A DNA stretch of 64,000 nucleotides from Flavobacterium sp. (GCA_023259675.1 JALRGT010000005.1:30363-94362), one strand, 5' to 3'; shown: positions 48,389 to 58,114, counted from the stretch's first letter. Numbers and translations: made by a program. Notes: generated by a model from the sequence alone, not told the origin.

Positions 48389-49364
48389 CACAGCTATTAA
48401 TTGTCACACTATTGGAGGTTTCTTTGGTGTCAATGGTAAGAAACTCCAAAGACAGTATAAAAAGCACCTTAGTTCGTTTAGTATATGGAAACCTAAAGAA
48501 CATGCGCACCAATGGCTTCTTTTTCCAAAAAACATAGGTACACATTTAGCTATTGATGAAGTTGCCTTGTCTCAAGGAGAACTCTATACTATTGTTACCA
48601 ATAAAAAAGCAAAAGGCAAGGAAGGGTCATTAGTAGCTATAGTTGCAGGCACTAAGACAGAGCAAGTTATTGAACACATCAGTAAAATTGACTCTAATAA
48701 AAGACAAGCGGTTATAGAAATTACCCTAGATATGGCTAACTCCATGAAATTGATAGCTAAAAAATGTTTCCCAAAAGCCATACAAGTAACTGATCGTTTT
48801 CATGTGCAAAAACTAGCATTAGAGGCTTTACAAGAGATAAGAATTAAACACCGATGGGAAGCCATGGACAAGGAAAACCAATCGATACTACAATCTAAAT
48901 TAGAAAACAAAATGCATACTCCCCAACTTTTAAACAATGGAGATACTGTAAAACAATTATTGGCCAGAAGTCGCTATTTACTATATAAATCAAGAGAAAA
49001 GTGGACGGACAGCCAAGAAGAAAGAGCACATCTCCTATTTGAGTTATATCCCGATATAAAATTAGCTTATTCAATATCTCAACAACTACGAGCTATCTAC
49101 AACAGCAATAACGATAAAAATGTCGCTATGTTGAAATTAGCACATTGGTACAGAAAAGTAGAAGAATCAGGGTTTAAAAACTTTAACATTATCCTTAATA
49201 CGATAACAGTTAATTATCAATCAATACTAAACTACTTTGATAATCGAAGTACAAATGCTTCTGCAGAATCATTCAATGCCAAAATAAAAGCTTTTAGAAG
49301 TCAATTTAGAGGGGTTAGAAAAATTGACTATTTCCTATTTAGATTATCCAATCTTTTTGCTTAA
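48372..49364 (+). CDS. ISL3-type DDE transposase catalytic ORF (+1 frame relative to the upstream ORF)
   Basis: Frame is open from 48372; AIDE, TLDMA, DRFHVQKL, TNASAESFNAKIKAFR. Confidence 0.9.
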   Translation, partial: KKLIDNTAINCHTIGGFFGVNGKKLQRQYKKHLSSFSIWKPKEHAHQWLLFPKNIGTHLAIDEVALSQGELYTIVTNKKAKGKEGSLVAIVAGTKTEQVIEHISKIDSNKRQAVIEITLDMANSMKLIAKKCFPKAIQVTDRFHVQKLALEALQEIRIKHRWEAMDKENQSILQSKLENKMHTPQLLNNGDTVKQLLARSRYLLYKSREKWTDSQEERAHLLFELYPDIKLAYSISQQLRAIYNSNNDKNVAMLKLAHWYRKVEESGFKNFNIILNTITVNYQSILNYFDNRSTNASAESFNAKIKAFRSQFRGVRKIDYFLFRLSNLFA

Positions 49365-49453
49365 TCCCCAACTTTTGAACTTGATCCCTTGATCCCTCGA
49401 AAGACACCAAAGCTTTGAGATTTAATAAATAATTTAAAATGCCATTAAAAGAA

Positions 49454-49487
49454 AAAACCCTTTAAATCATACGATTTAAAGGGTTTT
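49454..49487 (-). terminator. 15-bp perfect hairpin downstream of tRNA-Ser
   Basis: AAAACCCTTTAAATC-N4-GATTTAAAGGGTTTT, followed by TTCTTTT on minus strand. Confidence 0.8.
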
Positions 49488-49507
49488 AATTCAATTTGTA
49501 TTCCTAC

Positions 49508-49595
49508 TGGCGGAGAAAGAGGGATTCGAACCCCCGGACCTGTTACAGTCAACAGTTTTCAAGACTGCCGCATTCGACCGCTCTGCCATTTCTCC
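49508..49595 (-). tRNA. tRNA-Ser(TGA)
   Basis: GGAGAAATGGCAGAGCGGTCGAATGCGGCAGTCTTGAAAACTG...GGTTCGAATCCCTCTTTCTCCGCCA; long variable arm, encoded CCA. Confidence 0.98.
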
Positions 49596-49627
49596 AGTAT
49601 GTCGCTTTCATTACCTGATTGCGAGTG

Positions 49628-49658
49628 CAAATATAAGTGCTTTTTTCGGTTATGCAAA
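49628..49658 (-). promoter_or_regulatory. tRNA-Ser promoter
   Basis: -33 TTTG, 19-nt spacer, -7 TATATTTG on minus strand. Confidence 0.8.
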
Positions 49659-49761
49659 TCTATTTTTAGAAAAAAATCGTCAATTATTAGGATAATTTTT
49701 TAAATGTTTCATTTTCTTTGTTTTAGAAGAAAAATAATTTAAAATAAATTTTCAAAAAAAT

Positions 49762-50895
49762 CTAATAATGTACATTTTCTACAATTTCTAAGCCATAGCC
49801 AATCATTCCAACACGTTTGGCTTGGATATTATTGGTCACTAATCTTATTTTTGAAATGTCTATATCGTGTAATATCTGCGCTCCAATTCCAAAATCTTTA
49901 CTATCGATTACAATTTTTGGTGCTTTCATTTCTCCAGTTGCCTGAATGGATTTAAGCTCCGTTAATCTTGCCAATAAATTTACCGATTGCATATCTTGAT
50001 TGATAAATATGATAGCTCCTTTGCCATTATCATTGATAACCTTAAACATGTCATCCAGTTGTTGGTCTACATTATTGGTTAAGGTACCCAATAAATCATT
50101 ATTGACTTGTGAAGAATGAATTCGGGTTAAAATAGGTTCGCCCAGATTCCAATTTCCTTTGGTCAATGCAATATGAATCTGTTTGTTGGTGGTCTGTTCA
50201 TAAGCTCGTAATCTAAATGCTCCAAAACGAGTTTGGATTTCAAAATCGTCTTTTTTATGAATCAAACTGTCATGCTGCATTCTATAAGCCACCAATGCTT
50301 CGATAGAAACTAATTTTAAATTGAATTTCTTGGCCACTTCTGCCAATTCCGGTAAACGTGCCATCGAACCATCTTCATTCATGATTTCGACAATGACACC
50401 CCCAGAGCTACATCCAGCCAAACGGGCAAAATCGATAGCTGCCTCGGTATGCCCCGTTCTTCTTAATACTCCACCTTGTTTGGCGATTAAGGGAAAAATA
50501 TGTCCCGGTCTTGCCAAATCATGTGGTTTGGTAGTGGGATCAACTAAAGATAAAACGGTTTTGGCTCTGTCTGAAGCAGAAATTCCGGTAGAAACGCCTT
50601 TCCCTTTATAATCTACAGAAACGGTAAAAGCGGTTTCCATAGGATCGGTGTTATTACTCACCATAACCTGTAATCCCAATTCTTTACATCTGCTTTCTGT
50701 CAGGGGAGCACAAATCAATCCACGACCATGTGTTGCCATAAAATTGATCATCTCGGGCGTAACTTTATCTGCAGCAGCAACAAAATCACCTTCGTTTTCT
50801 CGGTCTTCATCATCAACTACGATGATTACTTTTCCTTGACGAATATCTTCAATGGCTTCTTCAATAGTGTTGAGCTGTATTTTATCTTGAATCAT
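49762..50895 (-). CDS. ribB: 3,4-dihydroxy-2-butanone-4-phosphate synthase fused to a degenerate GTP cyclohydrolase II domain
   Basis: VVDDEDRENEGD, RPGHIFPL, RTGHTEA; C-domain RIHSSQVNNDLLG lacks the Zn-binding cysteines. Confidence 0.93.
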   Translation of the reverse strand: MIQDKIQLNTIEEAIEDIRQGKVIIVVDDEDRENEGDFVAAADKVTPEMINFMATHGRGLICAPLTESRCKELGLQVMVSNNTDPMETAFTVSVDYKGKGVSTGISASDRAKTVLSLVDPTTKPHDLARPGHIFPLIAKQGGVLRRTGHTEAAIDFARLAGCSSGGVIVEIMNEDGSMARLPELAEVAKKFNLKLVSIEALVAYRMQHDSLIHKKDDFEIQTRFGAFRLRAYEQTTNKQIHIALTKGNWNLGEPILTRIHSSQVNNDLLGTLTNNVDQQLDDMFKVINDNGKGAIIFINQDMQSVNLLARLTELKSIQATGEMKAPKIVIDSKDFGIGAQILHDIDISKIRLVTNNIQAKRVGMIGYGLEIVENVHY

Positions 50896-50903
50896 GGTGT
50901 ATG

Positions 50904-52337
50904 TTAATTTTGGGAACGAAATAGTTTTTGAAATAGTTTTTGAAAAGGAGCTAAAATGACATCCATATTTATAATTCCGATGTCATTGGTTGCTCTATAT
51001 GTAAGCAGGATGGCTAGTGGAGTCAGAACGAAAGAAGACATCCAGGATCCCATAAAAGGGGTCAGTCCGTTTTCTTGCGCAATTCTTTTTCCAAAAGTAT
51101 TTATAAAATGAAAGGTGATAAAAATTAATACGGCAAAAACAATAGGAAGTCCGAGTCCCCCTTTTCGTATAATGGCTCCCAATGGAGCTCCAATGAAGAA
51201 CATTAAAAAGCAGGCGTAGGCAATGACAAATTTCTCATTAAAAGCCAAAATATGATTATTGATGTTTTTCTGCTTGCTTTTTAAATCAACTTTCGATGCT
51301 TCAATGGAAAAATTGATATTTGCAACATTACTGCTGGCCAAGTTTAATATTTCGGACTTCTGTTCGATATTATATTGTGACAATAGGTCGTTCGGTAGTT
51401 TATTGTTTTTTGTGTTCCTTTTTTTAATATTGTCTTTTTTGATTCCTGTTCTCAAATTAATGTTTTCTGAATAGGAAATGACTTCTGTTTTGAAATTTTT
51501 ATTTAGGGAATCAATGGTATATGTTAATTCATTTACCGTCAACATTGTATTTGTATTTGAAATATTGGTTTCGTCAACATCTACTTCATTTAATTTTGAC
51601 AAATCTAAATTGATGGTATATTTTTTGAAAGAACTTTTCGCAAATGGGATTTTATTTCTTTCGGTATATTTTTTTGGAACAATATCTTCGTAATAATTAC
51701 CATTATTTAGAACCAATTGCAGAATATTAGATTGTTCGCTGCTTATTAATTTCCCATTTTTCGCTTTTATGACTGTTTTACCTCCATCACCACTGTTAGA
51801 TATTTTGTGAATGGTAATTCCGTCTAAAGTATTTCCATTCTCCCCAGATTTTTTGTTGACTTTAATGTTGTAAAAACCAACATCACTAAATTGACCTTCA
51901 GTTATAGCCATTGCGGGTTTTAACTGAGCGATATTTTTTCGGAAATTAATGAATTTGTATTCGGCATACGGTATGACATTATTGGCAAATAAAAAAGCAA
52001 TGATACTCAGTACGGAAATGAAAATTATTAAGCTTCTCATTGTTCTTTGAAGTGAAATTCCAGAAGATTTCATGGCGGCAAATTCATAATTCTCTGCCAA
52101 ATTTCCAAAAGTCATGATGGATGAAAGCAATATCGACAGGGGCAACACCAGCGGAATTATTCGAGGCATCGAAAAGAGCAAAAACTTTATAATTAAAAAA
52201 AGGTCTAAATCTTTACCTGCCAATTCAGCGATAAATAACCAAATGGTTTGAAGGATGAAAATAAAAAAAAGAATTACAAATACAGTCGCAAATGTAATTA
52301 GAAATGTTTTTAATAAGTATCTGTCAAGTATTTTCAC
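50904..52337 (-). CDS. LptF/LptG-family LPS export permease
   Basis: LDRYLLKTF, ENYEFAAMKSSGISL, FIGAPLG. Confidence 0.9.
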   Translation of the reverse strand: MKILDRYLLKTFLITFATVFVILFFIFILQTIWLFIAELAGKDLDLFLIIKFLLFSMPRIIPLVLPLSILLSSIMTFGNLAENYEFAAMKSSGISLQRTMRSLIIFISVLSIIAFLFANNVIPYAEYKFINFRKNIAQLKPAMAITEGQFSDVGFYNIKVNKKSGENGNTLDGITIHKISNSGDGGKTVIKAKNGKLISSEQSNILQLVLNNGNYYEDIVPKKYTERNKIPFAKSSFKKYTINLDLSKLNEVDVDETNISNTNTMLTVNELTYTIDSLNKNFKTEVISYSENINLRTGIKKDNIKKRNTKNNKLPNDLLSQYNIEQKSEILNLASSNVANINFSIEASKVDLKSKQKNINNHILAFNEKFVIAYACFLMFFIGAPLGAIIRKGGLGLPIVFAVLIFITFHFINTFGKRIAQENGLTPFMGSWMSSFVLTPLAILLTYRATNDIGIINMDVILAPFQKLFQKLFRSQN

Positions 52338-52344
52338 CTAAGGT

Positions 52345-53034
52345 TTAATCTAATTTATTGATGTAGTAATTTGGATATTTACTTTCGGCAAAGGTAAATT
52401 GATTTTTTGACAATGGTTGGTTGGTTTTAAAAGAATTAACGGTCAATGTGGTTTTTGTTCCTTTTTTTCCCACTTCAATCAAATTATAGATATGTTTTGT
52501 TTGCACATCGATACCCAATAAAATTTCTTTGCGTTGATCTTTGGTGTTGTTTGGAACCAATTTTATATATTGAATTTTTCTTCCTCTTACATTTTGTAAA
52601 ACATCCATAGAGTAATGGTATCCTTTATTGAAAAAAGTCAACATTTTTGAAGGTGTAACAGCATTTTCATCCCCATCATTTACAGCTGAAATGGTGATTT
52701 CTTCGTCTTCCGGGACTATAGTGTATGTTTTTTTACCATCAAATATTTTAGTAACTCCCATGAAATTCAATACATATTGATTTTTTTTCATCGTTACATT
52801 TCCCTTACTGTCTTGACTGATGTTTTCTTTGGCATTGTTTAAAGAATATTTAAAATCAATGACAATGTTATCGTAGCTTTTAACTTTAGCGGTAACTTGA
52901 TCTAAAAGATCTCGAGCTTTTTGGTCTTGTGCCTGAATGGAAAAACTGAACAGAAAAAGAAAGACAATTTGGAATATTTGTTTACTCATAAGTGAAACAA
53001 TGCTTGTTTTGAATTTATTGGTGTTTGATTTCAT
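52345..53034 (-). CDS. lolA: LolA-family outer-membrane lipoprotein carrier
   Basis: IFDGKKTYTIVPEDEEITIS motif; directly downstream of ftsK; start uncertain. Confidence 0.78.
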   Translation of the reverse strand: MKSNTNKFKTSIVSLMSKQIFQIVFLFLFSFSIQAQDQKARDLLDQVTAKVKSYDNIVIDFKYSLNNAKENISQDSKGNVTMKKNQYVLNFMGVTKIFDGKKTYTIVPEDEEITISAVNDGDENAVTPSKMLTFFNKGYHYSMDVLQNVRGRKIQYIKLVPNNTKDQRKEILLGIDVQTKHIYNLIEVGKKGTKTTLTVNSFKTNQPLSKNQFTFAESKYPNYYINKLD

Positions 53035-53041
53035 TTTTGTG

Positions 53042-55492
53042 TTAATTATTTTGCTCATTATTGAAAAATTCGTCCAGAGAACTTAAGTCCAAAATGTTTA
53101 CAGACCTTGCTTTACTTCCTTCAAAAGGACCTACAATTCCTGCAGCTTCCAATTGATCGATCAATCTACCGGCTCTGTTGTAACCTAATTTTAATTTCCT
53201 TTGCAATAGGGAAGCAGAACCTTGTTGTGCATTTACTATTATTTCGGCGGCTTCTCTAAACAAAGTATCTCTTTCGGAAATATCTATATCAAGATTAATG
53301 CCACTTTCCTCTCCAACGAATTCCGGTAGGAGATAAGCGGTAGCATATGCTTTTTGGGAACCTATAAAATCGGTTATTTTTTCTACTTCGGGAGTGTCTA
53401 TAAAAGCACATTGAACACGAACTACATCATTTCCGTTAGTGTATAATAAATCTCCACGTCCTATTAATTGATCAGCGCCTTGTGTGTCTAAAATGGTTCT
53501 AGAGTCAATTTTTGAGGTTACCCTAAAAGCAATTCGGGCAGGAAAGTTTGCCTTAATCAGACCAGTTATTACATTTACAGAAGGTCTTTGTGTAGCAATT
53601 ATCAAATGGATTCCAATGGCACGAGCCAATTGAGCCAAACGGGCTATTGGAATTTCGACTTCTTTTCCGGCAGTCATAATCAAATCGGCAAACTCATCGA
53701 CCACCAAAATGATATAAGGTAGAAAACGGTGTCCGTTCTCCGGATTTAATTTTCGGGATTTAAATTTATCGTTGTATTCTTTAATATTTCTTACCATCGC
53801 ATCTTTCAATAGCGAGTAGCGATTATCCATTTCTACACAAAGGGAATTCAAAGTATTCACCACTTTAGCATTATCGGTAATAATGGCATCTTCGGTATCA
53901 GGCAGCTTGGCTAAATAATGTCTTTCAATTTTATTAAAAAGGGTTAGTTCTACTTTTTTAGGATCGACCAAAACAAATTTAACTTCTGCGGGATGTTTTT
54001 TGTAAAGTAACGATGTTAAAACAGCATTCAACCCAACTGATTTTCCTTGTCCGGTAGCTCCAGCCATCAATAAGTGAGGCATTTTGGCTAAATCAACGAC
54101 AAAAGTCTCGTTCGAAATGGTTTTTCCCAATGCAATAGGCAACTCCATTTCAGCTTCTTGAAATTTGGAAGAACCAATCACACTTTTCATGGAAACCATG
54201 GTTGGTGTTTTATTTGGAACTTCGATACCAATGGTTCCTTTCCCAGGAATAGGGGCAATGATACGAATTCCTAATGCTGAAAGCGAAAGTGCAATATCAT
54301 CTTCTAAACTTTTGATTTTAGAAATACGAATTCCGGCTTCGGGAACAATTTCATATAAAGTGACCGAAGGACCAACGGTAGCTTTAATCTGCGCAATTTC
54401 AATTTTATAATTGCGGAGCGTATCCACAATTTTGTTTTTATTTTCTTCTAATTCTTCTTGGTTAATCGTAATTCCGCCTGTAGAATATTCTTTTAATAAA
54501 TCAATTGTTGGGAATTTGTAATTGGATAAATCAAGGGTAGGATCAAACAAACCAAAATCAGAAACCAATCGGGAAGCCAAGTTTTCCTCGATAACGTCTT
54601 CTTCCGCCACTTTTTCAATTACAAAAGAATTGTCAAGAAGGGTGTCTGCTCCAGAAATTTTGCTTTTTACGGGAATAGGATCGGATAACGGATTCAAATT
54701 GATTTCAGAAGCATTTGAAATGGTAGGTTTCAGCGCTTCTTTGTTGATTTCAAATTGCGAAGGTTTGGTCTTTAAAACGATTTCTTCTGGGGAAACTTCC
54801 TCAATATCTTCATCAGATATGGCAAATTCTTCCAAATTATAAGCTCCATCATTACTTACCGGAGTAATTGAACTTAAATCGGACTTAATGTCTTTCTTGG
54901 TTTTTTCAAAAAGAGCCTGAATTTTTTCAGGGGATATTTTTAATTTAAAGACCAAATAAATAACCAGCCCAAAAATTAAGACCAATAAAGTCCCTGTTTT
55001 TCCAAGGTAATCCTGTAAAAACAGATTCAATTCAAAACCAATGACTCCGCCTAATTCCGGTAATGAAGTTGCAAAAAAGCCCAACAAAACGGAAATTATA
55101 ATAATGGCAAATAAATCCCAAAACCAAATGTTTTTTAATTTTTTGGAGGAGAGATCAAGAATCAAAAAAATACCGGTTAGAAAAAATAGGCGCACCAATA
55201 AAAAGGAAGCCAATCCAAAACCTCTATATACAATTAGGTCGGATAGAAAGGCACCAAATTTACCCAACCAGTTTTTAACTGTTTCGGTTCGGTCCGTAAA
55301 TTCAGCAACTGCGCTTTGGTCCACTTGTCCATAGATATAGAACGAAATAAAAGCGACTAATAAAGCAATGGAGAATAATAACAAAAGACTGCCTAAAACA
55401 ATTTTATGCTGCTTGGTTATTTGCCATGATTTATTAGTTGTTGTTGAATTTTCTTTTTTGTCTAAAGGTTCTTTTTTTGTTGTTTTTGCCAT
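53042..55492 (-). CDS. ftsK: DNA translocase FtsK
   Basis: N-terminal TM segments, PHLLMAGATGQGKS, VVDEFADL, gamma domain LQRKLKLGYNRAGRLIDQLE. Confidence 0.97.
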   Translation of the reverse strand: MAKTTKKEPLDKKENSTTTNKSWQITKQHKIVLGSLLLLFSIALLVAFISFYIYGQVDQSAVAEFTDRTETVKNWLGKFGAFLSDLIVYRGFGLASFLLVRLFFLTGIFLILDLSSKKLKNIWFWDLFAIIIISVLLGFFATSLPELGGVIGFELNLFLQDYLGKTGTLLVLIFGLVIYLVFKLKISPEKIQALFEKTKKDIKSDLSSITPVSNDGAYNLEEFAISDEDIEEVSPEEIVLKTKPSQFEINKEALKPTISNASEINLNPLSDPIPVKSKISGADTLLDNSFVIEKVAEEDVIEENLASRLVSDFGLFDPTLDLSNYKFPTIDLLKEYSTGGITINQEELEENKNKIVDTLRNYKIEIAQIKATVGPSVTLYEIVPEAGIRISKIKSLEDDIALSLSALGIRIIAPIPGKGTIGIEVPNKTPTMVSMKSVIGSSKFQEAEMELPIALGKTISNETFVVDLAKMPHLLMAGATGQGKSVGLNAVLTSLLYKKHPAEVKFVLVDPKKVELTLFNKIERHYLAKLPDTEDAIITDNAKVVNTLNSLCVEMDNRYSLLKDAMVRNIKEYNDKFKSRKLNPENGHRFLPYIILVVDEFADLIMTAGKEVEIPIARLAQLARAIGIHLIIATQRPSVNVITGLIKANFPARIAFRVTSKIDSRTILDTQGADQLIGRGDLLYTNGNDVVRVQCAFIDTPEVEKITDFIGSQKAYATAYLLPEFVGEESGINLDIDISERDTLFREAAEIIVNAQQGSASLLQRKLKLGYNRAGRLIDQLEAAGIVGPFEGSKARSVNILDLSSLDEFFNNEQNN

Positions 55493-55510
55493 CCTTAATT
55501 GTACTTGTAC

Positions 55511-55885
55511 CTATATAAATTTAGGTATGTATATGATTAAACCGATAATTATTGCTGTAATAGCCGCAAAAAGTACTGCACCAGCTGCAATATCTTTTAT
55601 AAAACCAATTCTTTCATGATAATTAGGGTGAATAAAATCAGCCACTTTTTCTACAGCCGTATTCAAGCCTTCAATACTCAGTACAAGACCGATTGCTAAA
55701 GTTTGAAAAAGCCATTCGGTACGGGAAATACCAAAATAGAACCCTGCAAAGGTAAGTGCTATCCCTATAGAAAATTGCACCATTATGCTGTGTTCTGTGG
55801 TAATTAATTTTATTGCTCCTTTAATAGCATAAGTCACACTTTTTAATCTTCCACTGACGAAAGTGTTGTCTTTTTGAAACTTCAT
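55511..55885 (-). CDS. dgkA: Diacylglycerol/undecaprenol kinase family protein
   Basis: EGLNTAVEKVAD, KDIAAGAV. Confidence 0.9.
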   Translation of the reverse strand: MKFQKDNTFVSGRLKSVTYAIKGAIKLITTEHSIMVQFSIGIALTFAGFYFGISRTEWLFQTLAIGLVLSIEGLNTAVEKVADFIHPNYHERIGFIKDIAAGAVLFAAITAIIIGLIIYIPKFI

Positions 55886-55895
55886 TAGTTTTTCA

Positions 55896-56393
55896 TTATA
55901 GAACTGCTAAAGCAGCTTCGTAGTTAGGTTCGTCTACTGTTTCCGCAACTTGTTCCGTATGAAGAATAATTCCGTTTTCATCTGCAACAATAATAGCTCT
56001 GGAATGCAAACCGGTTAAAGGACCATCTATGATTTCTAAACCATTTGTTTTTCCGAAACTACCTTCTTGAAAGTCTGATAAATTAATCACATTTTCTATT
56101 CCTTCAGCACCGCAAAAACGTTTTTGGGCAAAAGGCAAATCTTTAGAAATACACAAAACAGAGGTGTTTTCTAAGTTAGCGGCAGTTTCATTAAATTTCC
56201 TTACCGATGTAGCACAAGTTCCGGTATCAATACTTGGGAATATATTTAACACTAATTTTTTTCCTGCGAAATCATGTAACGAAGCTACAGAAAGATCATT
56301 TTTTACTAATCTGAAATCGGTGAGTTTTGAACCTACTTTTGGTAATTCACCTAATGTGTTTATTGGAATTCCTTTCAATGTAATTGAAGCCAT
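55896..56393 (-). CDS. tpx: Thiol peroxidase
   Basis: FPSIDTGTCATSVRKFN, SKDLPFAQKRFC. Confidence 0.96.
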   Translation of the reverse strand: MASITLKGIPINTLGELPKVGSKLTDFRLVKNDLSVASLHDFAGKKLVLNIFPSIDTGTCATSVRKFNETAANLENTSVLCISKDLPFAQKRFCGAEGIENVINLSDFQEGSFGKTNGLEIIDGPLTGLHSRAIIVADENGIILHTEQVAETVDEPNYEAALAVL

Positions 56394-56585
56394 TATTTAA
56401 TTTTTTTGTTGAGCTTCAAAAGTATGAAAATTATTTAAGAATTAAGTTTTAAGAAAATAAGATTTTAGAACAATCTATAATTCATTCTAATGCAATGTAC
56501 CTTTGAAGAATAGGTACTATAAACGAGAAAAAACGCATTTATTTCTAAGTGCGTTTTTAGGACTATCTGAGTTTAGATAGCGCTA

Positions 56586-56843
56586 TTATTTGTCAATGGA
56601 TCCTAAAACACGTTTCATGAATGTGTTTAAAGCCTCTTTTTTATCGGTGCCGTTTTGTACCAATTTGTGTACTTCTAAAGCGCCATACATATTTGATATT
56701 AATTCCCCAATCACATCCATTTCTTCATCTTTTAACGAAGGTATTTCAGTCATTGCCTCCAAAACTTCAATCGTTTCAATGATATAATCTTGATCGTTTT
56801 CTTCGATGAATTGCGTTAATTGTTTAATTACAGGTAATTTCAT
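56586..56843 (-). CDS. Small acidic hypothetical protein in the peroxiredoxin-thioredoxin operon
   Basis: 85-aa helical ORF co-oriented behind thioredoxin. Confidence 0.8.
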   Translation of the reverse strand: MKLPVIKQLTQFIEENDQDYIIETIEVLEAMTEIPSLKDEEMDVIGELISNMYGALEVHKLVQNGTDKKEALNTFMKRVLGSIDK

Positions 56844-56903
56844 GTTTTACAATGTTTAATTGGTTATCTGTCTAACCGTTTAACCGATTAAACAATTCAA
56901 CTA

Positions 56904-57212
56904 CTATACTATTTCATTCACTAATTCAATCAATACTTCTTGTTTGTTGGTTTGTGTTTCGTTTACCAATTTACCATTTACAAAAGTGGCAAAAGTAGGC
57001 AAGTTGCTCACATTAGCCAGTTTTCTGGATTCCGGAAAATTTTCAGCATCAACCAAAGCAAAAGTGATGGCTTCGTTTTCAGTAGCCAATTTTTTGAATT
57101 TTGGTTTCATAATGCGACAATTTCCACACCAAGAAGCCGAAAATTGAACAACCACTTTCTCTTCTTTTGAAATTAAGTCCGCTAATGTATCTTCGTTTAA
57201 TTCGATTAACAT
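56904..57212 (-). CDS. Thioredoxin-family protein
   Basis: WCGNC motif; likely start MLIELNED at 57212. Confidence 0.92.
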   Translation of the reverse strand: MLIELNEDTLADLISKEEKVVVQFSASWCGNCRIMKPKFKKLATENEAITFALVDAENFPESRKLANVSNLPTFATFVNGKLVNETQTNKQEVLIELVNEIV

Positions 57213-57339
57213 ATCTTTTTGTTTTTTGTTGCAAGCGTTCAAAGGAACAAAGTTGCAATAGTTTTTTATAAGTTAAAAAAACAAAGTTGCAAAGATTTCG
57301 AAACGATTTATACTTTGCAACTTTGTCATTATTAAGAAA

Positions 57340-57978
57340 TTAGTTTGCGCTTAAATATTCTGCAGTACTGATTCTGTCAGCGGTCATTGCTTCTTTACCA
57401 GCTTCCCAGTTTGCAGGACAAACTTCACCTTTAACTTGAATGTGAGTATAAGCATCAATCATACGTAAATATTCGTTTACGTTACGACCTAGAGGCATGT
57501 CATTTACACTTTCGTGGAAAATTTTTCCAGTTTCGTCAATTAAATAAGTCGCTCTGTAGGTTACGTTTGAACCTTCAATAATAACTGAATCTGTTTCTTC
57601 GCTATAGCTAGTAGATTCTACATCAAGAATTCCTAAAATGTTGGAAAGGTTTCTGTTAGTATCTGCAAGAATTGGGTAAGTAACTCCTTCGATTCCACCG
57701 TTATTTTTTGGAGTGTTTAACCAAGCAAAATGTACTTCGTTAGTATCACAAGAAGCTCCTATTACGATTGTGTTTCTTTTTTCAAATTCTGGTAAAGCGG
57801 CTTGAAAAGCGTGTAATTCAGTTGGACATACGAAAGTAAAATCTTTTGGATACCAAAACAAAAGTACTTTTTTGTTATTGTTTACTGCTTCTTCAAAAAT
57901 ATTGATTTTTAAATTGTCACCCATTTCTGAAATGGCGTCAACGGCGATACTTGGGAATTTTTTTCCTACTAAAGACAT
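57340..57978 (-). CDS. ahpC: AhpC/Prx1-type 2-Cys peroxiredoxin
   Basis: PKDFTFVCPTE and GEVCPANW. Confidence 0.92.
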   Translation of the reverse strand: MSLVGKKFPSIAVDAISEMGDNLKINIFEEAVNNNKKVLLFWYPKDFTFVCPTELHAFQAALPEFEKRNTIVIGASCDTNEVHFAWLNTPKNNGGIEGVTYPILADTNRNLSNILGILDVESTSYSEETDSVIIEGSNVTYRATYLIDETGKIFHESVNDMPLGRNVNEYLRMIDAYTHIQVKGEVCPANWEAGKEAMTADRISTAEYLSAN

Positions 57979-58013
57979 AGTATTCTTTTTTTAATGTTAG
58001 ACTTATTTTGGCG

Positions 58014-58090
58014 CAAAAATAGGGCATCCTTCAATAAATAAACAATAAGTAGTGATTATAAAAATTTATTTTATAATAGGTTTTGGCTAT
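58014..58090 (-). promoter_or_regulatory. Peroxiredoxin promoter with OxyR-like site
   Basis: -7 TATTTTTG (58014-58021), -33 TTG 21 nt upstream; ATAA-N7-TTAT (58045-58059) and ATAG-N7-CTAT (58076-58090). Confidence 0.6.
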
Positions 58091-58114
58091 TTAAGCACTG
58101 TGGTTTGATTTAAA

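Larger units (their letters stand above)
47973..49387 (+). mobile_element. ISL3-family (ISAon1-type) insertion sequence, about 1.4 kb
   Basis: Imperfect terminal IRs GGATCAGGAACAAAACCTGGGGA vs reverse complement GGATCAAGTTCAAAAGTTGGGGA; two transposase ORFs inside. Confidence 0.88.

Noticed and set aside
56855-57330. Short intergenic repeats (TTAACCG-like units; ACAAAGTTGCAA direct and inverted copies)
   Set aside because: Look like ordinary intergenic stem-loop repeats in a housekeeping operon; too short and irregular for CRISPR or a MITE call
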